NCBI GenBank assembly: GCA_905233375.1
Contig: CAJOEJ010000002.1
Coordinates: 6,704-70,703, forward strand
Direction: 5' to 3'
DNA length: 64,000 nt
Source: Paludibacteraceae bacterium
GTDB taxonomy: Bacteria; Bacteroidota; Bacteroidia; Bacteroidales; Paludibacteraceae
The notes beneath the pieces are model-generated. The model had not been told where the DNA came from, did not search any database, and saw only the letters and a list, made by a program, of their open reading frames with translations. Positions 47,221 to 57,011 of this stretch are shown here, piece by piece. Numbering within the stretch: position 1 is the stretch's first letter; each line of letters begins with the position of its first letter. Position numbers and translations under genes: made by a program.

Positions 47221-48801
47221 ATGCTTAAGCATTTACACATACAAAACTATGCCCTGATCACTCATCTCGATATTGATTTCGAGGATGGATTCTCGGTTTT
47301 GACAGGTGAGACGGGTTCGGGTAAGAGTATTATTCTGGGGGCGTTGGCGCTGGTTCTCGGGGCGCGGGCGGATAGCAAAGCGATCACCGACGGCGAAGAC
47401 AAATGCATCATCGAGGCGGAATTCTCGGACGCACTGGTCCGTCGGGAATTGTACGCTAACGGCAAAAGCCGCTCTTTCGTGGATGACAGCCTGGTCACCT
47501 TGCAGGAACTCAAAGCGCTTTCCAACAAGCTCATTGACATTCACTCCCAGCACGCAAACCTGTTGATTGAGAATGCTGATTTCCAATTGGATATAGTGGA
47601 TGCCGTCGCGCAGAATGAGGAGGCGGTTCAGGCGTATAGCGCCCGTTATGAAAACTATATAGCCGCTATGGATACATTAAACCGGCTCCGGGACCTGGCT
47701 AAGAAAAGCCGGCAGGATGCCGATTATATCCAATACCGCTACAAGACCTTGGAGGACGCGAACCTGCAAGCGGGAGAGTTGGAAGAACTCGGGCAGGAAC
47801 AATACACGCTCAGCCATGCCGAAGAGATTCGTTCGGCGTTACAGACAGCCGTTGAAGCCCTTTGCGGCGAGCAGGGAAGCGCTGTCGAAGCATTGCGCGC
47901 GTGCCGCCTGGACGAGGTGGCTCCGGAACTGCAGGAACGTATCGAGAGTGCGCGGATCGAGTTGCGGGATATTTGCGGGGAAGCGGAACGGATGTTGAAC
48001 CGCATCGAGATGAATCCCCAACGCCTCGAATGGGTGGAAGAGCGGATAGGTGAGCTGGAGGAGTTAATGCATAAGTTCCACGCCGCAACGATTGAGGAGC
48101 TGGTCACGATGCGGGACGAGTTGGCGGAACAGGTAAACCGGCTCGACAGCTTCGATTTTGATATTGAGCAGGCTCAGAAAGACGTCGAAGCCAAACGGAC
48201 GGATCTGACCAAAGCGGCAAACGCGCTGACCAAAAGCCGCAAAGCGGTCGTTCCGCAGATATGCAAGACCCTCGTTGAGGGATTGAAGCGTCTCGGAGTG
48301 ACGCACGCCAAAGTGGAAATACCCGTCGTTCCCGCAGAGGACTTCACGCCTCGCGGATGCGACGAGGTGCAACTCATGTTCGCCGCCAACCTCAACCAGA
48401 GCCTGCGCAATGTAAGCGAGGTTGCATCCGGAGGTGAGATAAGCCGATTGATGTTATGCGTCAAAGCGTTGATAGCCAGCACGAAAGGGCTGCCCACGAT
48501 TATCTTTGACGAGATAGACACCGGTGTGAGCGGAGACATCGCCACGCAAATGGCGTCTATCATGAAAGAGATGTCCAAAAACCGGCAGATTATCGTGATC
48601 ACCCACCTGCCCCAGATTGCGGCTTTGGGGGAACACCATTACATGGTGTATAAATCCGACACGGACAAAAGGACAGAGACACACATCCGCCTTCTCAATA
48701 ACGATGAACGGATCACGGAAATAGCGTCCATGCTGAGCGGTAAGCACACTACCGAATCCGCCATCAATACAGCGAAGGAATTGTTAAATAGTAAATTGTA
48801 A
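47221..48801 (+). CDS. recN: DNA repair protein RecN
   Basis: 526 aa SMC-like protein: Walker A GETGSGKSI, long coiled coil, C-terminal signature …ASGGEISRLML… and Walker B …IIFDEIDTGVSG…. Confidence 0.92.
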   Translation: MLKHLHIQNYALITHLDIDFEDGFSVLTGETGSGKSIILGALALVLGARADSKAITDGEDKCIIEAEFSDALVRRELYANGKSRSFVDDSLVTLQELKALSNKLIDIHSQHANLLIENADFQLDIVDAVAQNEEAVQAYSARYENYIAAMDTLNRLRDLAKKSRQDADYIQYRYKTLEDANLQAGELEELGQEQYTLSHAEEIRSALQTAVEALCGEQGSAVEALRACRLDEVAPELQERIESARIELRDICGEAERMLNRIEMNPQRLEWVEERIGELEELMHKFHAATIEELVTMRDELAEQVNRLDSFDFDIEQAQKDVEAKRTDLTKAANALTKSRKAVVPQICKTLVEGLKRLGVTHAKVEIPVVPAEDFTPRGCDEVQLMFAANLNQSLRNVSEVASGGEISRLMLCVKALIASTKGLPTIIFDEIDTGVSGDIATQMASIMKEMSKNRQIIVITHLPQIAALGEHHYMVYKSDTDKRTETHIRLLNNDERITEIASMLSGKHTTESAINTAKELLNSKL

Positions 48802-48809
48802 CATAGTCA

Positions 48810-50033
48810 ATGAGTTTGCCTTTAGCGGAACGAATGCGTCCGAAGACATTGGACGAGTACATAGGACAGAAACATCTGGTCGGTCAGGGAGCCATCCTGC
48901 GGCAGATGATTGAAAGCGGGAATCTCGCCAGTTTTATTCTGTGGGGTCCTCCGGGAGTCGGCAAAACGACCCTCGCGCGTATCATCGCGCACCGGTTGCA
49001 GCGCCCCTTCTATACGCTCAGCGCCGTCACCAGCGGCGTGAAAGAGGTGCGCGATGTCATTGACAAAGCCAAGCGTACATCCTCTTTCAACAGCGGATTG
49101 TTTGCGCCGGCGGATACCCGAAGCCCGATTCTCTTCATTGACGAGATTCACCGCTTCTCCAAATCCCAGCAGGATAGCCTGTTGGGCGCTGTCGAAGAAG
49201 GAACAATCACCCTCATCGGAGCGACTACCGAGAACCCCTCGTTCGAGGTCATCACGCCCCTACTCAGCCGTTGTCAGGTGTACGTCCTCAAAGCGCTCGC
49301 AAAAGAGGACTTGTTAGAGTTACTGAACCGCGTACTGACCAAAGATGAGTATATCCGCTCGCTGAATCTGCAGATCCGAGATACCGACGCTCTCCTGCGT
49401 TATAGCGGAGGAGACGCTCGCAAACTGCTCAATATCATTGAATTGGTAAGTAACAGCGGAGCACGGATCATCGACAACGATACCGTCACCAGACAATTGC
49501 AGCAGAATCCCGTCGCCTATGACAAGGACGGGGAGATGCACTACGATATCATATCCGCCTTTATCAAATCGATCCGCGGGAGTGACCCGCAGGCCGCCAT
49601 TTACTGGTTGGCGAGGATGATAGAAGGAGGGGAAGACCCGAAGTTCATTGCGCGACGCCTTGTCATAGCTGCAAGCGAAGATATCGGCTTGGCGAACCCC
49701 AACGCCATGTTGCTGGCAAACACCTGTTTTGAGGTCGTCAATAAAATCGGATGGCCCGAAGGACGGATTCCTCTGGCGGAGACGACCATCTATCTCGCCA
49801 CATGCAGGAAAGACAACTCTGCCTATCTCGCCATTGACAGCGCATTGGCGAAAGTGCGCGAGACAGGGAATCTGCCCGTTCCGTTGCACCTCCGCAATGC
49901 GCCGACGGAACTAATGAAGGAACTGGGATACGCTGACGGATACAAGTACCCGCACGATTTTCCGGGGCATTGGGTGGAACAGCAATACATGCCGGACGAA
50001 TTGGTCGGTACAACGTTCTGGCAAAAATCGTAA
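48810..50033 (+). CDS. rarA: replication-associated recombination protein A (AAA+ ATPase)
   Basis: 407 aa: …[19 protein letters not shown]…, Walker [10 protein letters not shown], Walker B FIDEIHRF, MgsA C-terminal region. Confidence 0.92.
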   Translation: MSLPLAERMRPKTLDEYIGQKHLVGQGAILRQMIESGNLASFILWGPPGVGKTTLARIIAHRLQRPFYTLSAVTSGVKEVRDVIDKAKRTSSFNSGLFAPADTRSPILFIDEIHRFSKSQQDSLLGAVEEGTITLIGATTENPSFEVITPLLSRCQVYVLKALAKEDLLELLNRVLTKDEYIRSLNLQIRDTDALLRYSGGDARKLLNIIELVSNSGARIIDNDTVTRQLQQNPVAYDKDGEMHYDIISAFIKSIRGSDPQAAIYWLARMIEGGEDPKFIARRLVIAASEDIGLANPNAMLLANTCFEVVNKIGWPEGRIPLAETTIYLATCRKDNSAYLAIDSALAKVRETGNLPVPLHLRNAPTELMKELGYADGYKYPHDFPGHWVEQQYMPDELVGTTFWQKS

Positions 50034-50058
50034 AGGGCTGACGGATAAAAACGGTAAA

Positions 50059-51150
50059 TTGGCTGGCATATACGTACATATCCCTTTCTGCAAACGCAGA
50101 TGTCTGTATTGCGACTTCTTCTCCACCACCCTGTTGGAGCGGAAAGAACAATATATGGAAGCCTTGCTTTCGGAGATGACGCAGCGGAAAGAGGAAGCCG
50201 GCGAGCCCATCCGCACGATATACATCGGAGGAGGTACACCGAGCACCTTGATGCCGGACGACATAGCGCAAATCATCCGGGCGACAGGAGCGGCGCCCCG
50301 GGCTGAAGAAATAACGATGGAACTCAATCCCGGAGATGCAACGCCGGAGTATATGCAAGCCATCCGGAAGGCGGGTATCAACCGCTTGTCCATTGGAATT
50401 CAGTCCTTTCAGGATAATCTGCTGGCGCTCATCGGTCGGCGACACAATGCCCGCGAGGCGGTCGAAGCGGTACACATGGCGAAGGAGGCGGGATTGGACA
50501 ACATATCCGTTGACCTGATCTACGCCTTGCCGACCCAGACGATGGAGCAATGGAAAGCGGACATAGAGACGGCGTTGAGCCTCCATGTGCAGCATATATC
50601 GTCCTACGGATTGATGTACGAAGAAGGCACTACCCTCACCCGCCTGCGGGACGAAGGACGCTGGACGCCCGTGGACGAGGATACGGAGAATGCAATGTAC
50701 GACTATTTGTGCGACCGGCTGGCACAAGCTGGATGGAAACATTACGAAGTAAGTAATTTTGCCTTGCCCGGATACGAAGCCGTACATAACAGCGCTTACT
50801 GGGACGGAACGCCGTACATAGGCATTGGCGCAGGGGCGCATAGTTACATAGGTCGCGTAAGAAGTTGGAATCCGGATGACCTCGATGCATACATAAACGG
50901 CATCTTGGCACGCAATTTGTTGCGGGAAAGTGAAACGCTGTCGGAGCGCGATAGCTACAACGAACGGATCATGCTCGGGTTGCGCACCGCCAAAGGTATA
51001 AGCAAGACGGAAGTAAGACGAGACAAAGACGAGACTATCCTATACTTTGCCCGAGACGGAGTGCTGACAATCACGGAAGAAGGTCGTGTCGTTGCCACTC
51101 GCAAAGGAGTGCATATATTGAATAGAATAATAGAAGATCTAATGATATGA
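50059..51150 (+). CDS. hemW: radical SAM heme chaperone HemW (coproporphyrinogen III oxidase-like)
   Basis: 363 aa, …IYVHIPFCKRRCLYCDF… (CxxxCxxC). The start codon is TTG; there is no in-frame ATG before the Fe-S motif. Confidence 0.88.
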   Translation: MAGIYVHIPFCKRRCLYCDFFSTTLLERKEQYMEALLSEMTQRKEEAGEPIRTIYIGGGTPSTLMPDDIAQIIRATGAAPRAEEITMELNPGDATPEYMQAIRKAGINRLSIGIQSFQDNLLALIGRRHNAREAVEAVHMAKEAGLDNISVDLIYALPTQTMEQWKADIETALSLHVQHISSYGLMYEEGTTLTRLRDEGRWTPVDEDTENAMYDYLCDRLAQAGWKHYEVSNFALPGYEAVHNSAYWDGTPYIGIGAGAHSYIGRVRSWNPDDLDAYINGILARNLLRESETLSERDSYNERIMLGLRTAKGISKTEVRRDKDETILYFARDGVLTITEEGRVVATRKGVHILNRIIEDLMI

Positions 51151-53417
51151 ATACAAAAAAGTGGTATAAACCGTTTTTGATTTGGTTCTGGAGCCTCTTT
51201 CTGGGAGGTATCTTGGTCGCGTTTGTCGTCATTTGGTTGATCACCAAAGGCGCATTGGGCTATCTCCCCCCGTTGGAGGAGCTGCAAAATCCGAAAAACA
51301 GGTTCGCCAGTGAGATTATCTCGTCCGATATGCAGTCACTCGGACGCTATTACCGGTACGAAAACCGTATCGGTGTCCAGTACACCGACCTGTCGCCGAA
51401 CCTCATCAACGCTTTGGTCGCGACCGAAGACGCACGATTCTACAATCATACCGGAGTCGATTTCAAGTCCATGTTCCGCGCGATTCTCAAACTCGGGCGT
51501 GCTGGAGGTGGTAGTACACTCACACAGCAGTTAGCCAAGCAGTTATGGTCTCCGAGAGCGAATAATATCTTTGAGAGAGCGATGCAGAAACCCATTGAGT
51601 GGGTCATTGCTACCAAACTCGAACGCCTCTACTCCAAGGACGAGATTCTGCTCATGTATCTCAATCAGTTTGATTTTCTGTACAATGCAGTGGGTATTCA
51701 GTCGGCTTCGCAGGTCTATTTCTCCACCACGCCCAAAGATCTGAAGCTTGAGGAAGCGGCGATGCTGGTCGGCATGTGCAAGAACCCGTCGTTCTATAAT
51801 CCGATACGCCGTCCCGAACGCGCTACCAACCGGCGCAACACCGTACTTGGTCAGATGGCGAAGTACGGTTATATAGATGCGGCAACACGCGATTCGGTGG
51901 CGGCGCTTCCACTCACGCTCCATTACAGTTCCGTGGACCACAAGCAGGGTATAGCACCCTATCTGCGTGAGTATCTGCGGGTTGTACTGACTGCCAAAGA
52001 ACCTAAAGAAAGCGATTATTCCGAATGGAACCTGCAGCAATACCGCCTCGACAAAGAGCAGTGGGACAACAATCCCCTCTATGGTTTTTGCGAGAAGAAC
52101 AAGAAACCGGATGGCTCCAAATATGACATCTATCAGGATGGTCTGAAGATTTACACGACCATCGATTCGCGCATGCAGCGCTATGCCGAAGAAGCGGTAA
52201 ACGAGCATATGCAAGCACAGCAGAAATCATTCTTCAAGGAACTGAAAAAGAAAAAGAACGCGCCTTTCTCGCGTACCCTCACGCAGGAGGAGATAGACGG
52301 CATCATGAACCGCTCTATACGCCAGACGGACCGCTATCGGAACATGAAACGCGCCGGTGCCAGCATGGATTCGATCATGCAGGCATTCAAAACGCCGCGG
52401 GAGATGCAGATTTTCACCTACGAGCAGGGAATGATCGACACCCTGATGTCGCCGTACGACTCCATAAAATGGCAAAAGAGCTATCTCCGCTGCGGATTCA
52501 TGTCTATGGACCCGCGTACGGGACACGTCAAAGCCTATGTCGGAGGACCCAACTTCGAGCATTTCCAATACGACATGACCACCAAAGGACGCCGGCAGGT
52601 CGGCTCAACCGTCAAACCCTATCTCTACACCCTCGCGATGGACGAAGGCATGTGGCCCTGCGAAAAAACAGTCAACGAACCGATCACGCTACTTGACGCC
52701 AACGGCATTGAATGGTCACCCAGAGACACGCACGACAAGTATCAGGGCGATACCGTCACGCTCACATGGGGACTGATGAACTCATCTAACTGGATCTCCG
52801 CCTACCTCATGTCGCTCTTCACGCCGGAACAACTGGTTAAAATGATGCAGTCGTTCGGTATCAAAGGGCAGTTGGATCCGGTTATCTCGCTCTGTCTCGG
52901 TCCGTGTGAAGTGAGCGTCGAGGAGATGGTCGATGCTTATACCACCTTTGCCAACAAAGGAATCCGCACGGAACCGCTATACGTCACGCGGATTGAGGAT
53001 GCCAACGGAAACGTCATTGGTTCGTTCACGCCGCGCACCCACGAGATCATCAGCGAGACGACCGCTTACAAGATGATTTATATGCTCCGTGCCGTCATTG
53101 ACTGCGGAACAGGTATCCGCATGCGGTACAAATACGGCATCACCGCCCCGATGGGAGGAAAAACAGGTACGACAAACAATAACTCGGATGGTTGGTTCAT
53201 GTGCTTTACGCCTTCGCTCGTCAGCGGAACATGGGTCGGAGGAGAAGACCGTGGTATTCATTTCGACAACATGGCAGAGGGACAAGGAGCCTCGATGGCG
53301 CTGCCCATTTGCGCGATATACATGCAGAAAGTGCTGAACGACAAGGAATTGGGTTATTCGCCGGACGAGCAGTTTGATGTACCTGCATGGTTTGACCCGA
53401 ACGAAGGATGCAAATAA
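51147..53417 (+). CDS. mrcA: bifunctional class A penicillin-binding protein (PBP1A: glycosyltransferase + transpeptidase)
   Basis: 756 aa with an N-terminal TM anchor. GT51 motifs: …ATEDARFYNHTGVD…, …GGSTLTQQLAK…. Transpeptidase motifs: STVKP, SSN, KTGTT. Confidence 0.92.
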   Translation: MNTKKWYKPFLIWFWSLFLGGILVAFVVIWLITKGALGYLPPLEELQNPKNRFASEIISSDMQSLGRYYRYENRIGVQYTDLSPNLINALVATEDARFYNHTGVDFKSMFRAILKLGRAGGGSTLTQQLAKQLWSPRANNIFERAMQKPIEWVIATKLERLYSKDEILLMYLNQFDFLYNAVGIQSASQVYFSTTPKDLKLEEAAMLVGMCKNPSFYNPIRRPERATNRRNTVLGQMAKYGYIDAATRDSVAALPLTLHYSSVDHKQGIAPYLREYLRVVLTAKEPKESDYSEWNLQQYRLDKEQWDNNPLYGFCEKNKKPDGSKYDIYQDGLKIYTTIDSRMQRYAEEAVNEHMQAQQKSFFKELKKKKNAPFSRTLTQEEIDGIMNRSIRQTDRYRNMKRAGASMDSIMQAFKTPREMQIFTYEQGMIDTLMSPYDSIKWQKSYLRCGFMSMDPRTGHVKAYVGGPNFEHFQYDMTTKGRRQVGSTVKPYLYTLAMDEGMWPCEKTVNEPITLLDANGIEWSPRDTHDKYQGDTVTLTWGLMNSSNWISAYLMSLFTPEQLVKMMQSFGIKGQLDPVISLCLGPCEVSVEEMVDAYTTFANKGIRTEPLYVTRIEDANGNVIGSFTPRTHEIISETTAYKMIYMLRAVIDCGTGIRMRYKYGITAPMGGKTGTTNNNSDGWFMCFTPSLVSGTWVGGEDRGIHFDNMAEGQGASMALPICAIYMQKVLNDKELGYSPDEQFDVPAWFDPNEGCK

Positions 53418-53441
53418 AGTTGAGAGTTGAAAGTTGAAAGG
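53416..53441 (+). repeat. heptamer word array AAAGTTG AGAGTTG AAAGTTG AAAGG
   Basis: C-free. It starts inside the PBP1A stop codon (53415-53417) and contains the TTG start of the TPR gene. The same family occurs at 663-684 and 56977-57011, and in reverse orientation at 27096-27134 and 55537-55566. Confidence 0.85.
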
Positions 53442-55467
53442 ATTTAGACGACATATAGCCACATTTGTACTTTGTACATTGTCTCTTTGTACATGGGCGC
53501 AACTCAACACCGACCGCATTACCGCGATCGGTCGCAATGCCTTGTATTTTGAGGATTATGTGCTGTCCATCCAGTATTTCAACCAGGTCATCTATCTCAA
53601 ACCGTATTTGAGTGAGCCCTATTTCTACCGGGCGATCGCCAAGATTCAGCTTGAGGACTATCAGGGTGCCCTGCGCGACTGTAACGCCGCAATTGAACGC
53701 AATCCTTTCTCTCCGGGGTGCTACTACGCACGCGGATATATATACCGCCAGCTCGAGCAATGGGAGAAAGCGGAGAGCGACTATTCGGAGGCGCTTCATT
53801 TCTCTCCCGAAAACCGCACCTATATGTTACTGCGTGCAGACACAAGGGCACAGATGAAGCACTACGATGACGCCTTGTACGACATCGAGCAACTCCTGCG
53901 CCGTGAACCGCAATCCGCGTCTGTATGGTGTGAAAAAGGACATGTTACCATGCTCAAGAAAGACACGCTCGGGGCGTTGGATGCCTATGAGCGTGCCGCC
54001 GGGTACGACAAGACGAATCCTGCCATCTGGTCTGCAATGGGAGTGACGAACCTCATGCTCGACCGCGAAGAAGAAGCATATGTGCAACTCACCCAGGCGA
54101 TCAACCTGGGCTCCAAATGGGCGGGGGACTATATCAACCGCGGACTCATACACTACCGCCGGAACAACTACCGCGGGGCGTTGTCGGACTACGACCAGGC
54201 GGTCAAAATAGCGCCGCGCGATGCAGGATGTTACTACAACCGCGGAATAATGCGCTACGAAGTGGGAGACTACAACCGTGCACAGAAAGACCTGCAAACG
54301 GTGCTCGAACTCGATCCGGATAAACTGGAGGCACGTTACTACATTGGCTTGGTCGCACTCCAGCTCAAGCAATGGAAAGAAGTGGTAACGCAAATGGACA
54401 CCCTCATTGCCCATTACCCCTATTTCATGCCGGCGTATTACATCGCCGCGCAAGCCAAGGAGAAACAAGGTGCCATGACTGCCGCGCAGCGCTATCGTTA
54501 CCGGGCATTTGAGAAAGAGAACGAGCGCAAAGAAATGCAGTCACAACAGGACGAAGACAACCTGCCCGATACGGAAATGCAGATCGCGGACTCACAGCCG
54601 CAGAAGAAAGACCACCGCAAGGAGTTTTCCGCCACAACGGCGCAAAAACAGCAGGATCTGCCCGAGGAGGAACAGAAATACGACTCGCAGACACGGGGAA
54701 CGATTCAGAAACACTACCAGGATGTCATCAACGAACCCAATATCGTCCTCAGTTATTACACGCAGGATCTCAGTTTGCGCCGCACCAACTACTACCACCC
54801 TGTCGTAGAGCAACTCAATGCCGGCGAGACACCATTGGCTCCCTTGCGCTTTACCGGTCAGGAGATAGCTCTGACGGCGGACATGGTGGATTTTCATTTC
54901 TCGCAGATAACGCACTTGTCGCAAGCCATCGATGCGTTGTTGGAGACGCCCCAAGCGGATGAGTCGCAGTTAGCCCTCCTTCTCCTGGCACGCGCCATGG
55001 AGTTCGCCATTGTGCAGGACTACACCTCCGCCATTGACGATTGTACCCGTGCCCTCCAATTACAAATCACAAATCACCAATTGCCAATAATCCTGACTTT
55101 TTGCCGCGCCAACTGGCGTTACCGGTTATTGGAATACAAACGTGCAACAGGTGAACTGGATGCAACGACTAACATGGACTTTGATATTATGCTCCGCGAC
55201 TACGACCAGGTCATCCGCCTGCAACCGGATTTCACATTCGCGCTGTACAACAAAGCCAATATCCTCTGTGCGCAGCATGAATGGAAAGAAGCTATTGCCT
55301 ATTACACCCTTGCCATTGGGCAGGATGCGCAATTCGCCGAGGCATACTTCAACCGCGGGCTGACCTATATCTATATCGGAGAGAATGAAAAAGGGCTCAA
55401 CGACCTGAGCAAAGCCGGCGAATTGGGTATCTATCAGGCGTACAACTTGATTACACGGTTTAAATAA
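53434..55467 (+). CDS. secreted tetratricopeptide-repeat (TPR) protein
   Basis: 677 aa with signal peptide MKGFRRHIATFVLCTLSLCTWAQ and many TPR units (…YFYRAIAKIQLEDYQGALRDCNAAIERNP…). The only possible start is TTG 53434, inside an AAAGTTG repeat (in-frame TGA at 53428-53430). Confidence 0.82.
   Translation: MKGFRRHIATFVLCTLSLCTWAQLNTDRITAIGRNALYFEDYVLSIQYFNQVIYLKPYLSEPYFYRAIAKIQLEDYQGALRDCNAAIERNPFSPGCYYARGYIYRQLEQWEKAESDYSEALHFSPENRTYMLLRADTRAQMKHYDDALYDIEQLLRREPQSASVWCEKGHVTMLKKDTLGALDAYERAAGYDKTNPAIWSAMGVTNLMLDREEEAYVQLTQAINLGSKWAGDYINRGLIHYRRNNYRGALSDYDQAVKIAPRDAGCYYNRGIMRYEVGDYNRAQKDLQTVLELDPDKLEARYYIGLVALQLKQWKEVVTQMDTLIAHYPYFMPAYYIAAQAKEKQGAMTAAQRYRYRAFEKENERKEMQSQQDEDNLPDTEMQIADSQPQKKDHRKEFSATTAQKQQDLPEEEQKYDSQTRGTIQKHYQDVINEPNIVLSYYTQDLSLRRTNYYHPVVEQLNAGETPLAPLRFTGQEIALTADMVDFHFSQITHLSQAIDALLETPQADESQLALLLLARAMEFAIVQDYTSAIDDCTRALQLQITNHQLPIILTFCRANWRYRLLEYKRATGELDATTNMDFDIMLRDYDQVIRLQPDFTFALYNKANILCAQHEWKEAIAYYTLAIGQDAQFAEAYFNRGLTYIYIGENEKGLNDLSKAGELGIYQAYNLITRFK
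53462..53494 (+). repeat. 33-nt repeat CATTTGTACTTTGTACATTGTCTCTTTGTACAT (copy 2 of 3)
   Basis: Encodes the signal-peptide core (TFVLCTLSLCTW) of the TPR protein. Confidence 0.85.
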
Positions 55468-55475
55468 TGAATAAT

Positions 55476-55497
55476 GGAAAATTGACAATTGACAACT
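55476..55497 (+). repeat. word array GGAAAATTGAC AATTGAC AACT
   Basis: Contains the TTG start (55489) of the TraB/GumN gene. Confidence 0.8.
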
Positions 55498-56406
55498 AAA
55501 TTCAGACATAGTATAATTGCGGTACTACTCCTGTTTCTTTCAACTTTAAACTTTCAACTTTCAACTATAAAAGCGCAGGTGTTGTACGAAATCAGCGGTA
55601 ATAGTGCCCGGCATAAATCCTATCTTCTGGCAACGAACCGGCTGGTCGATATGCAGTTTCTGGACACGATCCCCAACGTGTTCAAATGCTTCGGACAATG
55701 CGACAAGGTCATTACGGAATTTGCCATGCAGGACTACGAAGCCATCGCTGCACTCCGTCAGGCGGCGTTACTGCCCGACTCTGTCATATTGAGCAATTTC
55801 TACAGCGAAAGCGAGTATGGGCGCATTGACAATACGCTTCGCAACTATCTCGGGCTCGGAATGGACAAGCTGTGCCGGATGAAGCCATCCTATCTGACGG
55901 AGATGATACGCACCGAATTAATGAAACAATGGTTGCAGTACAACGAGCAGCGGTCGATGGAAAATTTCTTTGAGACCGTCGCCGCGGAGCGAGATATGCC
56001 CGTTATAGGATTGGACAATATCGGCGAAACGATGTATATGCTCTTTGACCGCGAACCTTTCCATTGGCAATGTACGGAACTGCTCAAAGTAGTGGACTAT
56101 CCGGAGATCGAAGTCAAGCAGGAACGGACTATCAAAGCCATGTATCTCGACGGAAGGCTGAGCGATATATCCTATCAGATAGAGGGACCGGACAACATCT
56201 CTACCCTCTCCTACTCCGACTACAAGGTATATACGCAGCGCAATCAGCAATGGGTCAAACGGCTCAAACCCTTCCTCACCGAAGGCGGGTGTTTCATTAC
56301 GCTCAATGCCATATACCTCGGCGGAGACAAAGGGCTCATTGAGCAGTTACGGGCTGCCGGCTACCGTGTACGACCCTATAACAGAACAATTAAAATCAAA
56401 AAATAG
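55489..56406 (+). CDS. TraB/GumN family protein (secreted)
   Basis: 305 aa with signal peptide …IIAVLLLFLSTLNFQLSTIKAQ, then …LYEISGNSARHKSYLLAT…, typical of TraB/GumN. The start is TTG 55489, inside an AATTGAC repeat (in-frame TGA at 55483-55485). Confidence 0.78.
   Translation: MTTKFRHSIIAVLLLFLSTLNFQLSTIKAQVLYEISGNSARHKSYLLATNRLVDMQFLDTIPNVFKCFGQCDKVITEFAMQDYEAIAALRQAALLPDSVILSNFYSESEYGRIDNTLRNYLGLGMDKLCRMKPSYLTEMIRTELMKQWLQYNEQRSMENFFETVAAERDMPVIGLDNIGETMYMLFDREPFHWQCTELLKVVDYPEIEVKQERTIKAMYLDGRLSDISYQIEGPDNISTLSYSDYKVYTQRNQQWVKRLKPFLTEGGCFITLNAIYLGGDKGLIEQLRAAGYRVRPYNRTIKIKK
55537..55566 (+). repeat. word array CTTTCAAC TTTAAAC TTTCAAC TTTCAACT (reverse complement of the AAAGTTG family)
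   Basis: G-free. It encodes LSTLNFQLST of the TraB/GumN signal peptide. Confidence 0.85.
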
Positions 56407-56414
56407 TTTACACA

Positions 56415-56978
56415 ATGAAAAAGAGTTTGTTTATTTGCCTCGTAGCACTGACATGTGTGCTGACGACGGGTATCAATGCCGCGGAACGTGGCAAGTTTAT
56501 TCACGTGGACGCTTCGGTCAACAAGAACCTCAAGCCGCAAATCGCTTTTGCGCAGGATCGCAAAGACGGAGCGGATATTACGACCTTGCTGGTTAAAACG
56601 GTCAATGTCAATGCCTATAACGAGTTTACGGACGCATCCCGCGTGCTCATTCGTTTTGCCGATGACAAAGCCGTGCGTCTCAACAAAGCGGCGGTGGAGG
56701 TTCAGAAGAACAAATTCTCCAAGAAAAACGGCAATGCCACTATCTCCTATTACGAGACCGTTTCTTCCTACGAAGTATCGCCCGAAGTGATTGAGAAACT
56801 CGAAGCCGGTATCGCTATCATCAAAGTGCGTATCGTATTCAAGGAGAATGACGCCAAAGACTATGATATCGCAGAGGGATACCAGGCGAAGATGGCGGAG
56901 GACCTGCTCAAATCCTATCAGGAAGCTGCACTCAACAACCGCAAGAAAAATTCGGATCTCAGCGACGAGGACTTTTGA
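56415..56978 (+). CDS. secreted hypothetical protein
   Basis: 187 aa with signal peptide MKKSLFICLVALTCVLTTGINA. ATG start, compact spacing within the same-strand gene run. No motif recognised. Confidence 0.65.
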   Translation: MKKSLFICLVALTCVLTTGINAAERGKFIHVDASVNKNLKPQIAFAQDRKDGADITTLLVKTVNVNAYNEFTDASRVLIRFADDKAVRLNKAAVEVQKNKFSKKNGNATISYYETVSSYEVSPEVIEKLEAGIAIIKVRIVFKENDAKDYDIAEGYQAKMAEDLLKSYQEAALNNRKKNSDLSDEDF

Positions 56979-57011
56979 TAGTTGATCATTGAAAGTTGAT
57001 AGTTGATAATT
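56977..57011 (+). repeat. word array GATAGTTG ATCATTG AAAGTTG ATAGTTG ATAATT
   Basis: Fills the spacer before ATG 57012. It is partly complementary to the CATTGTCAATTGTCAATTATCAATTG array at 57065-57090. Confidence 0.8.
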
